From positions 78,494,001 to 78,558,000 of the forward strand of contig NC_058368.1 in NCBI RefSeq assembly GCF_018350175.1: a DNA stretch of 64,000 nucleotides, read 5' to 3'. The translations under genes and the position numbers were made by a program. Every line of letters begins with the position of its first letter. Position 1 is the stretch's first letter. Positions 27,773 through 39,176 of this stretch are shown piece by piece. This stretch comes from Felis catus (taxonomy: Eukaryota). The notes under the pieces are model-generated. The model was given only the letters and a program-made list of their open reading frames with translations, did no database searches and had not been told where the DNA came from.

Positions 27773-28157
27773 GTAGCGTTCCTTTCTAAATCTCCTTCAG
27801 TGATGACAGACCTCATCTGCAAGCTGTATTCCTTTAATTACATGAGCCACGGACATCACGAGGCTCTCACCAGGTTCACAGTGTGGGTTTCCATGAGAGC
27901 CTCACTGGATGCAGGTGTCACCTTGCCGTCGTTGTATATCATTGTAGTTTTTTCACTGGAATTTATAGTGTTTCTCTTACGGGCAGTTGCCAGTCACACC
28001 TTGTGCGCTTACCATGAAATGATACTGCAGGCATCATTTCCATCATTCAACATTTATGGGCCGTGCAGTGTGGGGATGGGACCCTGAGGTACAGCTCGCA
28101 GCTGAGATCAGTCAGCCAAATGCAATGTATTCTCCTGACCGTGATGAAGGCAATCTT
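27773..28157 (-). pseudogene. CACHD1-like relic exon, cysteine-rich region, 5' part
   Basis: ttttcttag acceptor; KIAFITVRRIHC...CTAHKC*MMGNDAC...CP*E...HGNPHCE...KGIQLADEVCHH resembles NAFVGIVNETC...CLNCHRMEQNEC.CPCE...NRNPSCE...PGLQDALHQCVN. Confidence 0.75.
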
Positions 28158-28789
28158 CTAAGAAAATCACATAGGAGGTAAAACTCAAAATAGGAGATTA
28201 AAGAGCAAAGACGTAGAAAATCAACCCTGACGTATTGCATTTTCCCACAAGAAAAACTAAGCACCTAAGAATGTATTTCCAACCACTTTGCTAATCATAC
28301 AGGAAACTCTCCTCTTCTGTAGCTTTAATAGAGAGAAGGGACGCAAAGCTGAATTAGAGACTAGGAAAGACCGTGATGATCACTAAGGGGCAGCGAGGGA
28401 AGTGATGGGGTTGACAAAAAGCTAAATGAAGAGTCAGAGCAGAGAGAAGTGACCAGGGGAAGCATCGGCCTGGGCCAAGACTGAAGTGGGCACAGAAGGG
28501 CCAACTGGGTAGATTCAGCACAGGTGGAACCCGAGGTACCAGGGGAGAGCATGATCCGGAAAGCAGCACCTGGCGCGTGGGGCGTGTGACAGGGGTGTCT
28601 TGTAAGGGGATGAACAGAGCCTCCTGCAGTAGAGAGGCCGGGTCTCCCCAGCCAGCCTGGCCTGACCGCCCACCCCTGCATTTGCCAACCCACTGTGGCC
28701 CGCATCACCTCCCACGGGAGAGTGTCACAGTACTTCCTCTGCGGGGGTGGTGACAGGGTGGAGAGAACTTTGGGATCAGAAAACCAGAC

Positions 28790-28953
28790 CTTTAATACTA
28801 CTTCTCTAGCCAGCCGAATGGTTTTGAGCACCCGTTGACCTCCTTGAAAGATCCATTTCATTGGTAAAAAAAAGATCAATAACAACAATTCAAAGCTTAC
28901 ACATTAAAGGAAGTTGCTGGGAAATTCTCAAAGGAGACACGCTATCCTACGAT
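28790..28953 (-). pseudogene. CACHD1-like relic exon
   Basis: tttacag acceptor, phase 1 in and phase 0 out; DRRIACLL*EFPSNFL*CVSFE...IRLARE resembles EPLVANDILNHPNFVKKNLCNSFS...YRLARI. Confidence 0.7.
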
Positions 28954-28963
28954 CTGTAAATGG

Positions 28964-29183
28964 AGGGACATTTGGGTGGCTCAGCCGGTTAAACCTCGGA
29001 CTCTTGATTTTGGCTGGGGTCATGATCTCACGGTTGGTGAGATCAAACTCAGCATGGGGCTGTGGGCTCATAGCTCAGAGCCTGCTTGGGATTCTGTCTC
29101 CCCTTCTTTCTGCCCTTCCCCTGCACTCGCCTGTGCACTGTCTCAAAAAACAATAAGGAAATAAGTACATAGTTAAAAGAAAA
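28964..29183 (+). mobile_element. Older Can-SINE
   Basis: Diverged head, TSD tgtaaatgga. Confidence 0.8.
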
Positions 29184-29363
29184 TTGTAAATGGAAAAGAG
29201 CCTACACGAGCCAAGAGTGAGGGAGCTCCAGAGATCCACACGGCATGTTGGAAAATTCCACAATGTCAGCCAGGCCTTGCCATCTCCTGTATCTGAATCT
29301 GTATTTTAACAAGATTCCTGGGTGATTCACAGGCAGGCTGGGAGAAAGAGTTTTTTAAATCAC

Positions 29364-29475
29364 CTTGGGAGACAGGAGACTCCTTGCTTTCCACACTTGA
29401 GAATTTCTTGAGCTCATGTGCTCCTGAAATTCTTCTTGATGCATTGAGAAGACCAAAATTCAGAAGAAAACCTTT
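29364..29475 (-). pseudogene. CACHD1-like relic exon, open frame
   Basis: ttacattag acceptor, AAG|gtgatt donor; 112 bp, KGFLLNFGLLNASRRISGAHELKKFSSVESKESPVSQ; KGFLL resembles RGYLV. Confidence 0.65.
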
Positions 29476-29969
29476 CTAATGTAAATGAAAAATGGAAGCG
29501 ATAAGTTTAGAATAAAAGTTTATGCCTCAAATTCACGAGTGGTAAATGTGAAGCTGGTACATTGTGGGAGCTGAAGTCTCTCGATCTTTCCTTCATCCAA
29601 TCAGGCCAATCACTCACCAGCTGCAAGCCTAGCGATCTCACACATCACATGGGACAGACAATAACCCTACTTTTCCACGGTAAGATGAAAAGACCTGTTG
29701 TATATAAAAGTGATTTGTAGGCTATCTAGTAATGGACATTGTTACTTTTGAGTTTCCAACCTTGAAATGCTTGACACTTTCTAAAACTGTGTGCGGTAAC
29801 AGGTAAAATTAGCTACAATCATTCTCCAAAATCTGCCTCCTAGACTGCTCTGTTATGTGTGTCTCTAAATAAAATGCCCCATGGAAGGTATTTTCCCAGG
29901 CCAAAATAACAAGAATGTGTGGCTTCTCCACAACAAGCAGTACACGTGAAAAATGCAAATGTTAACAGA

Positions 29970-30310
29970 GAGTATATATACATTCACTTTTATTGTATTA
30001 TGTTATATTATATATGCATTCATAAATTATATTGTATTATATTATATTATATTATATATGCATTATTATATTATATTATATATGCATTATTATATTATAT
30101 TAATATTATATACGTCTTCAGTATTCTATTATATATTAATGTCATATATGCATTCACTTTTATATAATATAATATGATATAATATAATATAATAATTGAT
30201 TATATTATATTATGTCACATATAATATAATAATTGATTATATTATATTATATTATATCATATTATATTATACATACATTCACTTATTTATCTTAACTTAT
30301 AATTATATAT
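29970..30310. repeat. AT-rich low-complexity (TATAT/ATTAT) tract
   Basis: Degenerate attat/tatat repeats. Confidence 0.85.
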
Positions 30311-30783
30311 ACACTCATTTTTATGGCTTACGGTGGAACAACTGTAAGGTCCAGTTCTAGTGGCCACTCATGCTCACAATATTATTAATCTCTTATTTAT
30401 TATAGATGCCATTCTGGATGACAGTGCTGTGTGCCAATTCCTTCTCTCATTTTATGGTTTTGCCTCAATTTCTCTTTTGCCTTAATTTTGTGCATCTCTT
30501 TAATCCTGTGCATCTCTTCCTACTTTATACTCTTTCTCCTTATAAGCGATCTTACGTCCTTTCAGAAACAGAAGAAAAATAAAAATAACTAAATAGATAT
30601 ATCAAATACCATTCATAAGCAAGTTATGTTTGCAATAGATGTGCACTATGTATCTGCATTATAGATACGCATATTATGTAGGTTTTTAAATACATTTTAT
30701 GGTGGAAGCAAATGGAGAACGTTGAGTAATGTAATAATCACATATCACGATTGTACTTGGTATTATTAAAAACACGAGATAGA

Positions 30784-31017
30784 GGGGTGCCTGGGTGGCT
30801 CAGTCGGTTAAGCGTCTGACTTCGGCTCAGGTCATGATCTCAACATTCATGAGTTCAAGCCCCACGTCGGGCTCTGTGCGTCAGAGCCTGGAGCCTGCTT
30901 CGGATTCTGATTCCCTTTCTCTGTCCCTTCTCCACTCAGGCTCTGTCTCTGTCTCTGTCTCTCTCTCTCAAAAATAAATAAACATTAAAAACAAATTAAA
31001 AAAAACATTTAAACAAA
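30784..31017 (+). mobile_element. Can-SINE
   Basis: Head, CT-rich stretch, A tail. Confidence 0.9.
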
Positions 31018-31271
31018 ACCCATGAGATGTAATTGCTAAAAGTCAAGTTGTGAACGTTGTGTTTTCAGAGATCAATAATAATGTTTTTCCTTTTACTCTT
31101 AGCAATTTTCTAATAAAATAGGAATAAAGAATAACCACATGAAAATCTAGTGGCTAAAACAAACCCCTTCGGTCTCTAGAGGTTTGTTTGAAGCGACGCC
31201 TCATTTTCTCTGGCAAGCGTAGTCTAGTACAAAGATATTCCTGAAATGCCCAGAGGTGATGGCAGGCACAC

Positions 31272-31356
31272 CATGGATTTGAAACAAAGCAAAAATGCCT
31301 GATGACAGAGGTTCTCACACTGGGACAAATGGGGTCTCGGTTGCACACTGGCACCT
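31272..31356 (-). pseudogene. CACHD1-like relic exon
   Basis: ttaaccag acceptor; joins previous exon in phase 1 (G|AG=E); VPVCNRDPICPSVRTSVIRHFCFVSNP resembles LPVCNQDGGNKIRCFIMED; donor uncertain. Confidence 0.7.
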
Positions 31357-31816
31357 CTGGTTAAGGTAGGAGCACAGGTACCGGAGGGGCCTGACCTTGG
31401 TTGAGACCCCATCAGGCCTCCAGCACATCGGCCCCAGGGTAGGGGATGGTTTTCTGAGAGCCAAGTGGATGTGAAATGCTTTCAGGAGGAACCTCCATCT
31501 GCCATAAACTCCTTATTATGAATGAACGGAAACCTTATAGAATCAGAAACAAGGCTTTGGGATTTCCAGCCTTTTCTGGGCTCTCTCCCATCTTCCAGGG
31601 GAACCTTGTGTATTGTACTTCCCCTGCAGGGTACCTCAGGACTTTGTAGCAAGTGGAAGAGACATTGTATCTTTACTTCTGCCCATTAGCAGGGAATTTC
31701 CTGGTCTTATGTTAGTTCCCAGTCTCTCCAACATTCTGTTGTTAAATGTGTTCTTTCTATTTTTGGAAGAAAAGAGTTTGTTGCTAAGAAATGGCAGCTA
31801 GCATGAAAGTAAGAGT

Positions 31817-32063
31817 TTATTTTTTTAATGTTTATTTTTATTTTTGAAAGACAGAGAGAGAGAGAGAGACAGAGAAAGAGAGAGACAGAGTGCAAGTGGG
31901 GGAGGGGCAGAGAGAAGGAGACACAGAATCCGAAGCAGGTTCCAGGCTCCGAGCTGTCAGCACAGAGCTGGATGTGGGGCCCGAACTCACAGACCTGGAG
32001 ATCATGACCTGAGCTGAAGTCGAACGCTCAATGGACTGAGCCATCCAGGTGTCCCCAGAGTGT

Positions 32064-32103
<40 letters not shown>
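31817..32103 (-). mobile_element. Can-SINE followed by (GTT)n microsatellite (~32064-32103)
   Basis: Reverse head ending at 32056; about 13 GTT units. Confidence 0.9.
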
Positions 32104-32105
<2 letters not shown>

Positions 32106-32661
32106 TAATAGGAGGACGATGCTCTTACCTAAGACGGTATCCTAGTTACAAGCAGCAGGACAGTGAACCTGCTTGCTTGTTTTCAGGGTTGAATGAGAAG
32201 GAAGACGGCAGAACCCAGAAGGTGAGCTGGCTGCTGACTCCGAGACAGCTCTGCTGTGTCCCTTTACTTTTCCTTCTGGGCAGCTTTCCTAACAGGGCCT
32301 TCCCCTGCAAGTTCCCTGACCCCCCTTAGAACCACCTCCCAGGATGGCCTCTCCTCCACCAGCTGCTTTTGCTTCCCATTCATGTCCCAAGCAAGCATGC
32401 TGTCACTTCCCCGCATTCATCCCATTTTTACCATCTCAGATTCCACAGTTTCTTACGGTTCTGACCTGACCACAGAGCGCAGGAAGAGTAATTTTAAATG
32501 CCTTGTCCGATAGGTGTTTGGAGGATCTGGAAGACTGGATAGACTCTCATGGATGAACTTGTAAGGTCATCTAAGACCCAAGATCATGGTGGAGATGGGA
32601 TAGGGACGGGAGAACTCAAGATATCTAAGAGTAAGTATCAAAAATGTTTCTAGAAGAAAAA

Positions 32662-33090
32662 TATTTAACGTTTATTTATTTTTGAGAGAGAGAGAGATAC
32701 AGAGTGCCAGCGGAGGAGGTGCAGAGAGAAGTGAGAGACCCAGAATCCAAAGCAGGCTCCAGGCTCTGAGCTGTCAGCATAGAGCCCAACTCGGGGCTTG
32801 AACTCACGAACCATGAGATCATGACCCAAGCCGAAGTCAGACGCTTAACTGACTGAGCCTCCCAGGTGCCCCGTAGAAGAAAGAATTAAACTATAAGATG
32901 GTAGGGCGCCTTGGTGGCTCAGGTCATGATCTCGCGATTCATGGGTTTGAGCCCTGTGTCGGGCTCTGTGCTGACAGCTCAGAACCTGGAACCTGCTTCG
33001 GATTCTGTGTCTCCCTCTCTCTCTGCCCCTCCCCTGCTCATGCTGTCTCTCTCTCAAAAATGAACAAACGTTAAAAATGTTTTAAAAATA
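32662..33090. mobile_element. Head-to-head Can-SINE pair (-, 32662-32872; +, 32904-33090)
   Basis: Opposite-orientation heads about 30 bp apart. Confidence 0.9.
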
Positions 33091-33239
33091 CATAAGATGG
33101 TAATGATCACAAAGAATATATTCTATTGAACTAAATTATAAGTGTAAGATTAAAAAAAAAACCCCACAAGAAGAAACTGGAAGCTGTTGTGGCTACTAGA
33201 AAATAATGTTAACTACAACAGTTTAAATGAACGTCTTAC

Positions 33240-33400
33240 CTTGTCTGATTAGCTTGAAGTGCCTACCATAGCAATTACATAAATCCCTAGGTCTGTCGGA
33301 TTCAGCTGCTTGAAACTGTTTATTGCAATAATAAAATATTAAGAACTGTTGGAATTGTAATAAGGTTTCGTGATCACTTATCCTGGTCATTTAATCAGAT
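33240..33400 (-). pseudogene. CACHD1-like relic exon, second Cache domain
   Basis: ttttgaaag acceptor, AAG|gtaaga donor; LIK*PG*VITKPYYNSNSS*YFIIAINSF...VIAMVG/HFKLIRQ resembles AVANPGLISLTGPYLDVGGAGYVVTISHTI...VAVMG..YFYKVLMD. Confidence 0.75.
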
Positions 33401-33551
33401 CTTTCAAAATAGGTAGATAACACTAATGAGAAATGGCAGAGAATCTTGCTATCCTGTGTAGATTAGCAACAACAGGTAAAATACCAATGTCAGAACAGAA
33501 TGAACCACAGAGTTATAGCTTAAGCAGACTTCATGAAGTTGGAGACAGAAT

Positions 33552-33766
33552 CGGGTCGCCTGGGGGTGGGGGGGCTCAGTTGGTTAAACGTCTTGACTTT
33601 TGGTTTCAGCTCAGCTCATGATCTCACCATTTGTGGGTTCGAACCCCCCAACAGTTCTGCGCTGGCAGCACAGAGCCTGCTTCGGATTCTCTGTCTGTCT
33701 CTGTCCCTCCTCCACTCACACTGTCTCTGTCTCTCTCAAAATAAATAAATAAGCTTAAAAAAAAAA
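33552..33766 (+). mobile_element. Can-SINE
   Basis: TSD ggagacagaatc. Confidence 0.85.
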
Positions 33767-34150
33767 GTGGAGACAGAATCCACTTCAGCATGATGGTGCT
33801 GCTCTGGGAAGAAAGTGTTACTAGGAATGAAAACAAGGCTCAGAGTCTTGGTTCAGGAAATGCATCCCATTTTAGGTCAGTGTATAAAAAGTCTATCTGA
33901 ACAGAGAGGGGTAACTGAGGGAGTAATTAAGCTGCAATCAGAGTCTGTGTGACCAGAAAGCCTGGAAGGGGCTAAGCCTGAGGCAGTAAGACCCACGAGA
34001 CGAGTAAGCAGGACGGAACGAGGGCTCCGGGAGGAAGGGAGCTGGCGTGTGGCTTTAGGTGATGAATCTGGACTGCAGAGCTCACATGATAAACACATCC
34101 ATGGGGTCACAGGTCAACAAGCTTGAAGCTCACTCTAGGAAAGCAATCTG

Positions 34151-34253
34151 CCCTTTGTTTGATAAAGTGAAACATATCTGAGTGTTAGACCCTTTGATGT
34201 CCCTGAAATAGTTTTAATGTAAATTGCACTCCTGTAGCAATGCCGAACATTCG
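34151..34253 (-). pseudogene. Probable CACHD1-like relic exon
   Basis: cttgttaag acceptor; RMFGIATGVQFTLKLFQG resembles RRYIATPNGVLRIYPG; donor unclear. Confidence 0.5.
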
Positions 34254-34459
34254 CTTAACAAGAGAATTTAGCAGAAACACATTTTCTTTACCCCAGGGGC
34301 TTTTAGTACCACTGATCTTTGCCTTATGCTGATTGCTCGAATCCAAAAGGAATGAGAAGAAAACATAATGTGTAATTATACATTAATGGGGAAATATATT
34401 TAAATTATAAAATTCTGCTCTAAAGTAAGAATATTTTAAAAGGAAAAATGTTTCCGGAC

Positions 34460-34568
34460 GGACTTGTGATAAACGTGGCGTAACGTATAAACTTGTCAAA
34501 ATCACTAAGTTGTACACCTGCACTAACGTAACACTGTGTGTCCGCTAGGCTCAAATTTAAGAAAATAA
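34460..34568 (+). mobile_element. About 110-bp 5'-truncated L1 3' end
   Basis: tgtacacctgcactaacgtaacactgtgtgtc...tcaaatttaagaaaataa L1 tail; TSD aaatgtttcc. Confidence 0.7.
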
Positions 34569-34633
34569 ATGTTTCCAGGTCAATGTTATGTTTATAAGAT
34601 TGTAAACCCTTTCATAACAACTCCTAGATTTAC

Positions 34634-34819
34634 AAGTAGATTTCACACCGCATACGTGGTCTCAGTAGCCACGAGGTCATGTCTGAAGTTGTCTGTAAAA
34701 GTCATCTTTTCGTCAAGAAGTTGTGCATATACAAATGACATTAGTGTCTCCATGGTAACTAATGCATGTTAATGTTGGTTTGCAACCTCAGGGTAGGGAG
34801 GGTGAAATTTGAACCTGGG
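34634..34819 (-). pseudogene. CACHD1-like relic exon
   Basis: ggcag acceptor; FTDNFRHDLVATETTYAV* resembles LKFSVRNEVMATSHVTDEW, with the TGA at 34643-34645 in the position of the Trp. Confidence 0.75.
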
Positions 34820-35185
34820 CTGCCATTTACAGAAGGGTAATAGGGACCAAAGAAAGAAGCAGAACCCACCCCCCTACCCCCCCACCCCCCACCAGATTGG
34901 TGGTGGCAGGCGTAAGGGGCCAGGGAACTGATAGGAGGCTTGTTTTGGGGTAGCCGCAACACAAGCAGATTTCTGCACCAGCCCTCCAGAGAGAGGCTTT
35001 AACAGGGTTCAGTCGCGGACCCACCCCTGTGATCTCAGCAACGCATTACTCTCTCAACGCTTGTCCTAGAAAATGGCTCCTCTCCTCCTGTAGGAATGGT
35101 GAGCGCCGTGTATGTTCCAAGGACAGAAGAGAGGACTGGACATTCCAAGTGCCCGGAGCCAGCTCACAGGGCATCCCGTGCTCAC

Positions 35186-35296
35186 CTCCTTCAGCAGAGA
35201 ATGGGTACATTTAAGAAGAAAAGATGAGAGTGAGATTAACATGGTAGGACATGTTCACTTGGCTAGGAAGTCTGAAAAGTAGCCCCCAGTACTTTT
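35186..35296 (-). pseudogene. CACHD1-like relic exon
   Basis: tttctccag acceptor, GAG|gtgagc donor; PSQVNMSYHVNLTL resembles PSSKLLYHRLDLL. Confidence 0.65.
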
Positions 35297-35404
35297 CTGG
35301 AGAAACCAAATTCTTACAGTTTAGGGGAGAACGGGAACCTCACAAATCCTGTATCTCAGGGCAACTCAGGGTTCAGAGAATCTGAATGTGCCTTTATCTC
35401 TTAC

Positions 35405-35486
35405 TCATTGACAGCACAGTATCCTCTTTGAAAAGACTGGTGAAAGATTGTCTACTATTTTTTTAAAATGTTTATTTACTTATTTT

Positions 35487-35521
<35 letters not shown>

Positions 35522-35960
35522 CATGCTTGAGAATGGGGGAGGGTCAGAGAGAGAGGGAGAGAGAGAGAAACCCAGGTCAGCGCGGAGCCCGACTTGGGGC
35601 TCGATCTCACGAACCATGGAGATCATGACCTGAACTGAAATCAGGAGTCAGACGCTCAACCAATCCACGCAGGTGCCCCAAGACTGTCTACTATGGAGTA
35701 GGAATATTAATTGTTAGAAGAACTTGAACTAAAATTTGGATTGCAATGACAGGATAGTTGCTGGAATCTTTTTTTTTAATGTTTATTTATTTTTGAGGGG
35801 GGAGGGGGAGGGGCAGAGAGAGAGGGAGACACAGAATCCAAAGCAGGCTCCAGGCTCCGAGCTGTCAGTCCAATTGCTGGAATTCTTATAATTTGTTCTG
35901 GGTATTTTGCTATGAGGTACACTGGAGGTATTTTATTTTTCAGCTGGTTCATTCAAAATG
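35405..35960 (-). pseudogene. Possible CACHD1-like relic exon split by two SINEs
   Basis: After removing the two TSD-flanked SINEs, NN*YSYSIVDSLSPVFSKRILCC weakly resembles YNVSYAWKMVQDTSFILC; boundaries uncertain. Confidence 0.4.
35457..35869 (-). mobile_element. Two Can-SINEs (35457-35679; truncated 35767-35869)
   Basis: TSDs aga(t/c)tgtctactat and ttgctggaat. Confidence 0.85.
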
Positions 35961-36139
35961 TATGAAATATACAGACAAGAGAGGTTTTCGGTTAGTTTGC
36001 ATTTTTAGAAGTTTTTATATTTGAATCGATTTCCTTCATTTCCCTAAACTGATTTTCTTCATTTCCCTTCACCACAGGTACTGATTGTTCAAGAAAATTC
36101 TTACGAGAGGTCTGACAACACATAAGCAAAGATTTCTAC

Positions 36140-36930
36140 TTCTGACCAGGAAGGACTCATACAAGCCAAATTTACCCTCCAGCCTAAAACAACTAAACAG
36201 TAAGACAAAAGACATGAATGCACGAATAATACTTTTCAAGATTACAATAAAGGACAGTGACCACTGAGCTTACTGCCCTGAGAAGATGTCGGGTGCAGGA
36301 GGGAGAACCCAGGTGGAGCCCTGTCGTTTCCTGTGCCGAGAAAACAGGCTGAGAGTCTGAGGACACCACGTTGACCGAAGTTCACAGACGGCACGCCAGA
36401 GGTGAGAGGACCCCAGAAATCCGTAGGTGGCCCTCCTCAGTTATTCACATGATATTGATCTGTTCACACATGAAGAAAATGCCGGAGGCTGGAAAGTAAC
36501 TACTCAAAAAATTATAGGGGGCAATCAATGGAGCTCACACTGGACAAGGAATAATTTCTATTTCCAATAGTCACAGTGGGAAACCCCTTAATTTGAGGAG
36601 CACGAGGTAGAGAGCTTCACGTAGATACTCATACAGCTCAAATGCAGGGGACAGTCAGACCTAGACTGAACCTTTCTTTTGTCTTGTGTCCAAAATGACA
36701 GCTTAAAAGTACATCCAAAAGGACCCAACAATTTTCAATAACGTAACCGTATCACAGAACAAAGTTCAAGAATATTTGTAAGAATACAAACTATCCAGCA
36801 ACCACAAAGGAAAATTGCATGCGATCAAAAATAACCAGGCATGCAAAGAAATACGAAAATGTGTCCCATAATAGTAAGAAAAAATAATCAGTGGAAACCA
36901 AACCAGATGACAGAAGTAGTAGACAGAGAC
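36140..36930 (+). mobile_element. Old L1 5'-region fragment
   Basis: Similar to the 20.5-21.4 kb L1M-like fragment (acttttcaagat..., aaaataaccaggcatgcaaaga). Confidence 0.55.
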
Positions 36931-37276
36931 ATTCAGATAGTTCCTAGAGGCCAATCCTCTGTGCTTGGCAAGACCACAGTGCTGTGGTCCTCGGGTTGCT
37001 CATCTTCAGAATGGGGGAATGGGCATTGTGGATGAGCCTTGAGTGTCTACAACACTGTTATAAGTCAAGGACTTCCACCAACTGTCAGAGGAAACATCAT
37101 CCAGGTTATGCTCCCTATGGATTTTTGTGTGTGTGATTTTACGGAATGTTTATATTTGACGTTAGGTTGAAGGTGGAAGGTACGGTAATATGTTAGTTAC
37201 AACCAAGTTGTTGGTTATGACAGAAATGGGAAACTCAGTCCCCATCTTCTTATTTTCTTGTCCTAATTAGACATAC

Positions 37277-37503
37277 CTTTTCTTTCTTTCTTTTTTTAAT
37301 GTTTATTTATTTTTGAGATACAGAGACAGAGCGCGAGCAGGGGAGGGACAGAGAGAGAGAGAGGGAGACATGAATCGGAAGCAGGCTGCAGGCTCTGAGC
37401 TGTCAGCACAGAGCCCGATGCGGGGCTCAAATTCATGAACCATGAGATCATGACCTGAGCCAAAGTTGGACACTTAACCGACTGAGCCATCCAGGCACTC
37501 TCC
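37277..37503 (-). mobile_element. Can-SINE
   Basis: TSD agacatacctttt. Confidence 0.9.
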
Positions 37504-37512
37504 CAGACATAC

Positions 37513-37606
37513 CTTTTACTTAAATGATTACAAAAGCCATTTATTTCACAGCTTGGCAAATGAAGGTGAAGATTTGAACAACCAGGCTCCCAAATATTTA
37601 AATAAT
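37513..37606 (-). pseudogene. Possible CACHD1-like relic exon
   Basis: AAG|gtatgt donor; KYLGAWLF weakly resembles LPLGSQII; correct position in exon order. Confidence 0.4.
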
Positions 37607-37710
37607 CTCCATAAATTGGAGCCACAGAATGGTTCTGTGGTCATGGGCTGTACCCTTCCCAGGGCTCAAGGGAGCGTGCCTTCTCTGAGAGCCACGCAGA
37701 TATCATCTAC

Positions 37711-37845
37711 TGCAAGAAAGATTCTGGAAGCCTTGAAAAACTTGTTATGAGGGAAATGCACAGTCCTTGCCACGATGTCATTGTCAAAAGTGGAATCTGA
37801 AGCAACAACGCCATTTTGGAGCCACTGAAGTTTCTACACAGCCTC
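37711..37845 (-). pseudogene. CACHD1-like relic exon
   Basis: ttcctacaag acceptor; VVASDSTFDNDIVARTVHFPHNKFFKASRIFLA resembles LLSEPPLHTDIIHYENIPKFELVRQNILS. Confidence 0.6.
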
Positions 37846-37957
37846 CTTGTAGGAAACAATATATACATTTTTGGTCGAATGGGTTCTTCACACAGAGGAA
37901 AACATCAAGACCTTGCGTCACGATTGTGAATGGCAATGTGTCAGTTCATTATCTTAC

Positions 37958-38203
37958 CTGAATCTGAATACAGTAAGGTGGACTACCCTTGTATCAGATT
38001 CTTGGGAAGATTAAAAACTACCATCAAGTCAGAACAAGAGCTCAACACAAGCCATTCCAATTGTGACTCAGTTGTACTTCGGGGATGGCAGAGCTGGTCA
38101 CGATAAAGCACTGAACGGTCATACCCAGAAACCACGGGCCCCATCCCAAGTTCAACAGGTTACGGCCTCTGCTAATCTGTGCTGGGCAAGTGGAATGAAG
38201 TAC
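37958..38203 (-). pseudogene. CACHD1-like relic exon, Cache domain
   Basis: cctgtag acceptor, CAG|gtaaga donor; YFIPLAQHRLAEAV / ELGMGPVVS / MTVQCF / IGMACVEL across several frames resembles FYTNLPNRMIDEAV..EMGDGLIMTVSKPCYF..LGIVGVDV. Confidence 0.75.
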
Positions 38204-38263
38204 CTACAGGTGAGGATAGCTTTCGCAGAGGAGCATGGACACACGGTAGTAAGGTGCACTGTT

Positions 38264-38383
38264 ACATTCTCCAGCAGCCCCAGACATGAGAGGATTCAGA
38301 GTGGGTGCTCACGGACAGGACAGCAGGAACACTGTTCCCAACAGCATTCTAGTTTTTTCTGTCTAAATAACTGCTTTTATTCT
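38264..38383 (-). pseudogene. Possible CACHD1-like relic exon
   Basis: ctttatcag acceptor; NKSSYLDRK/TRMLLGTVFLL weakly resembles NSGKYGVPDRMALPVIKGSMMVL. Confidence 0.4.
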
Positions 38384-38401
38384 CTGATAAAGTAGCCAGG
38401 A

Positions 38402-38432
<31 letters not shown>

Positions 38433-38499
38433 CAATATATACCCACGAGAGGGACTTCAGCGGAAAATAAACCAGATTCTAAGTATGGAATGCCATTTT

Positions 38500-38729
38500 C
38501 TCTGTCATTTTGCCAGCTAAATGTTTCTCATTTCTCATCATAATCGTTACGGGGTGGATACGCTGAGGAAAAATGAAAATCCTCGCACTTCAACAGATGG
38601 GGATGGACCAGGTAATTGCCTCGGTTGAGAATCTTCCGTATTCAGCCCTCTTTTGCGTGCGCAGATTGTGGAAATCGAGCAAGTAACTGGCTATCCTGCA
38701 CTGTTGCGTCTAACGTAGTAAGTGTCTTC
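38500..38729 (-). pseudogene. CACHD1-like relic exon, C-terminal part of VWA domain
   Basis: tccacag acceptor; IRKILNRGNYLVH/PSVEVRGFSF resembles TLQVINEENSFLNNSVMILTYAL; donor uncertain. Confidence 0.55.
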
Positions 38730-38870
38730 CTGTGGACACTTCCTCTAACCTTCCTTTGTAAAAACAGTGGTCTCCAAAAACTGTCTTTTATTGGTTAGTA
38801 CTGAGATACTGGTTATACCAGATACCTGACTTGATTACTTTTGACCGTTTAGAGTTAGTGCAGGGCTTAC

Positions 38871-39148
38871 GTAATTATTAAAAAGATGCAAATTCAGAAA
38901 TTCTGCCATTGACGTTTCATGATTTTCTGAAGATCATGATTAAAATACAAACTGAGTGATGGGTTTTCTTGATCCTTTTCAGATCGATATATTTGAATAA
39001 ATTTGGGGCCGATGCATCTCACTTATTGCAGTCTTTAGTCTGTTCATCAATAACATAACTTGCCTTTAAGATCTTTTTCAGGACTGTCATTCTGTCTTTT
39101 CGTGAAATATCCATACTTTTTTGAGGGATGTAATTGAAACTATCATAG
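38871..39148 (-). pseudogene. CACHD1-like relic exon, VWA domain
   Basis: cttttaag acceptor, gtaagc donor; KPITQFVF*S*SSENHET resembles RKMSTFVSSVKSSDSPT. Confidence 0.6.
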
Positions 39149-39176
39149 CTTAAAAGTTCAAAGTTAAAGTATATGC

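Noticed and set aside
28005..28012. Strong donor ATG|gtaagc as the end of the cysteine-rich exon
   Set aside because: CACHD1-like motifs (CP*E, GNPHCE) continue immediately beyond it with no room for an intron, so I did not treat it as the original boundary.
34520..34580. Minus-strand PGNIYFLKFEPSGH/QCYVSA resembling CACHD1 PGSLMDKAFDPTRRQWYLHA
   Set aside because: It lies mostly in the tail of a short TSD-flanked L1 insertion, so the resemblance is coincidental. It also shows that single by-eye matches can mislead.
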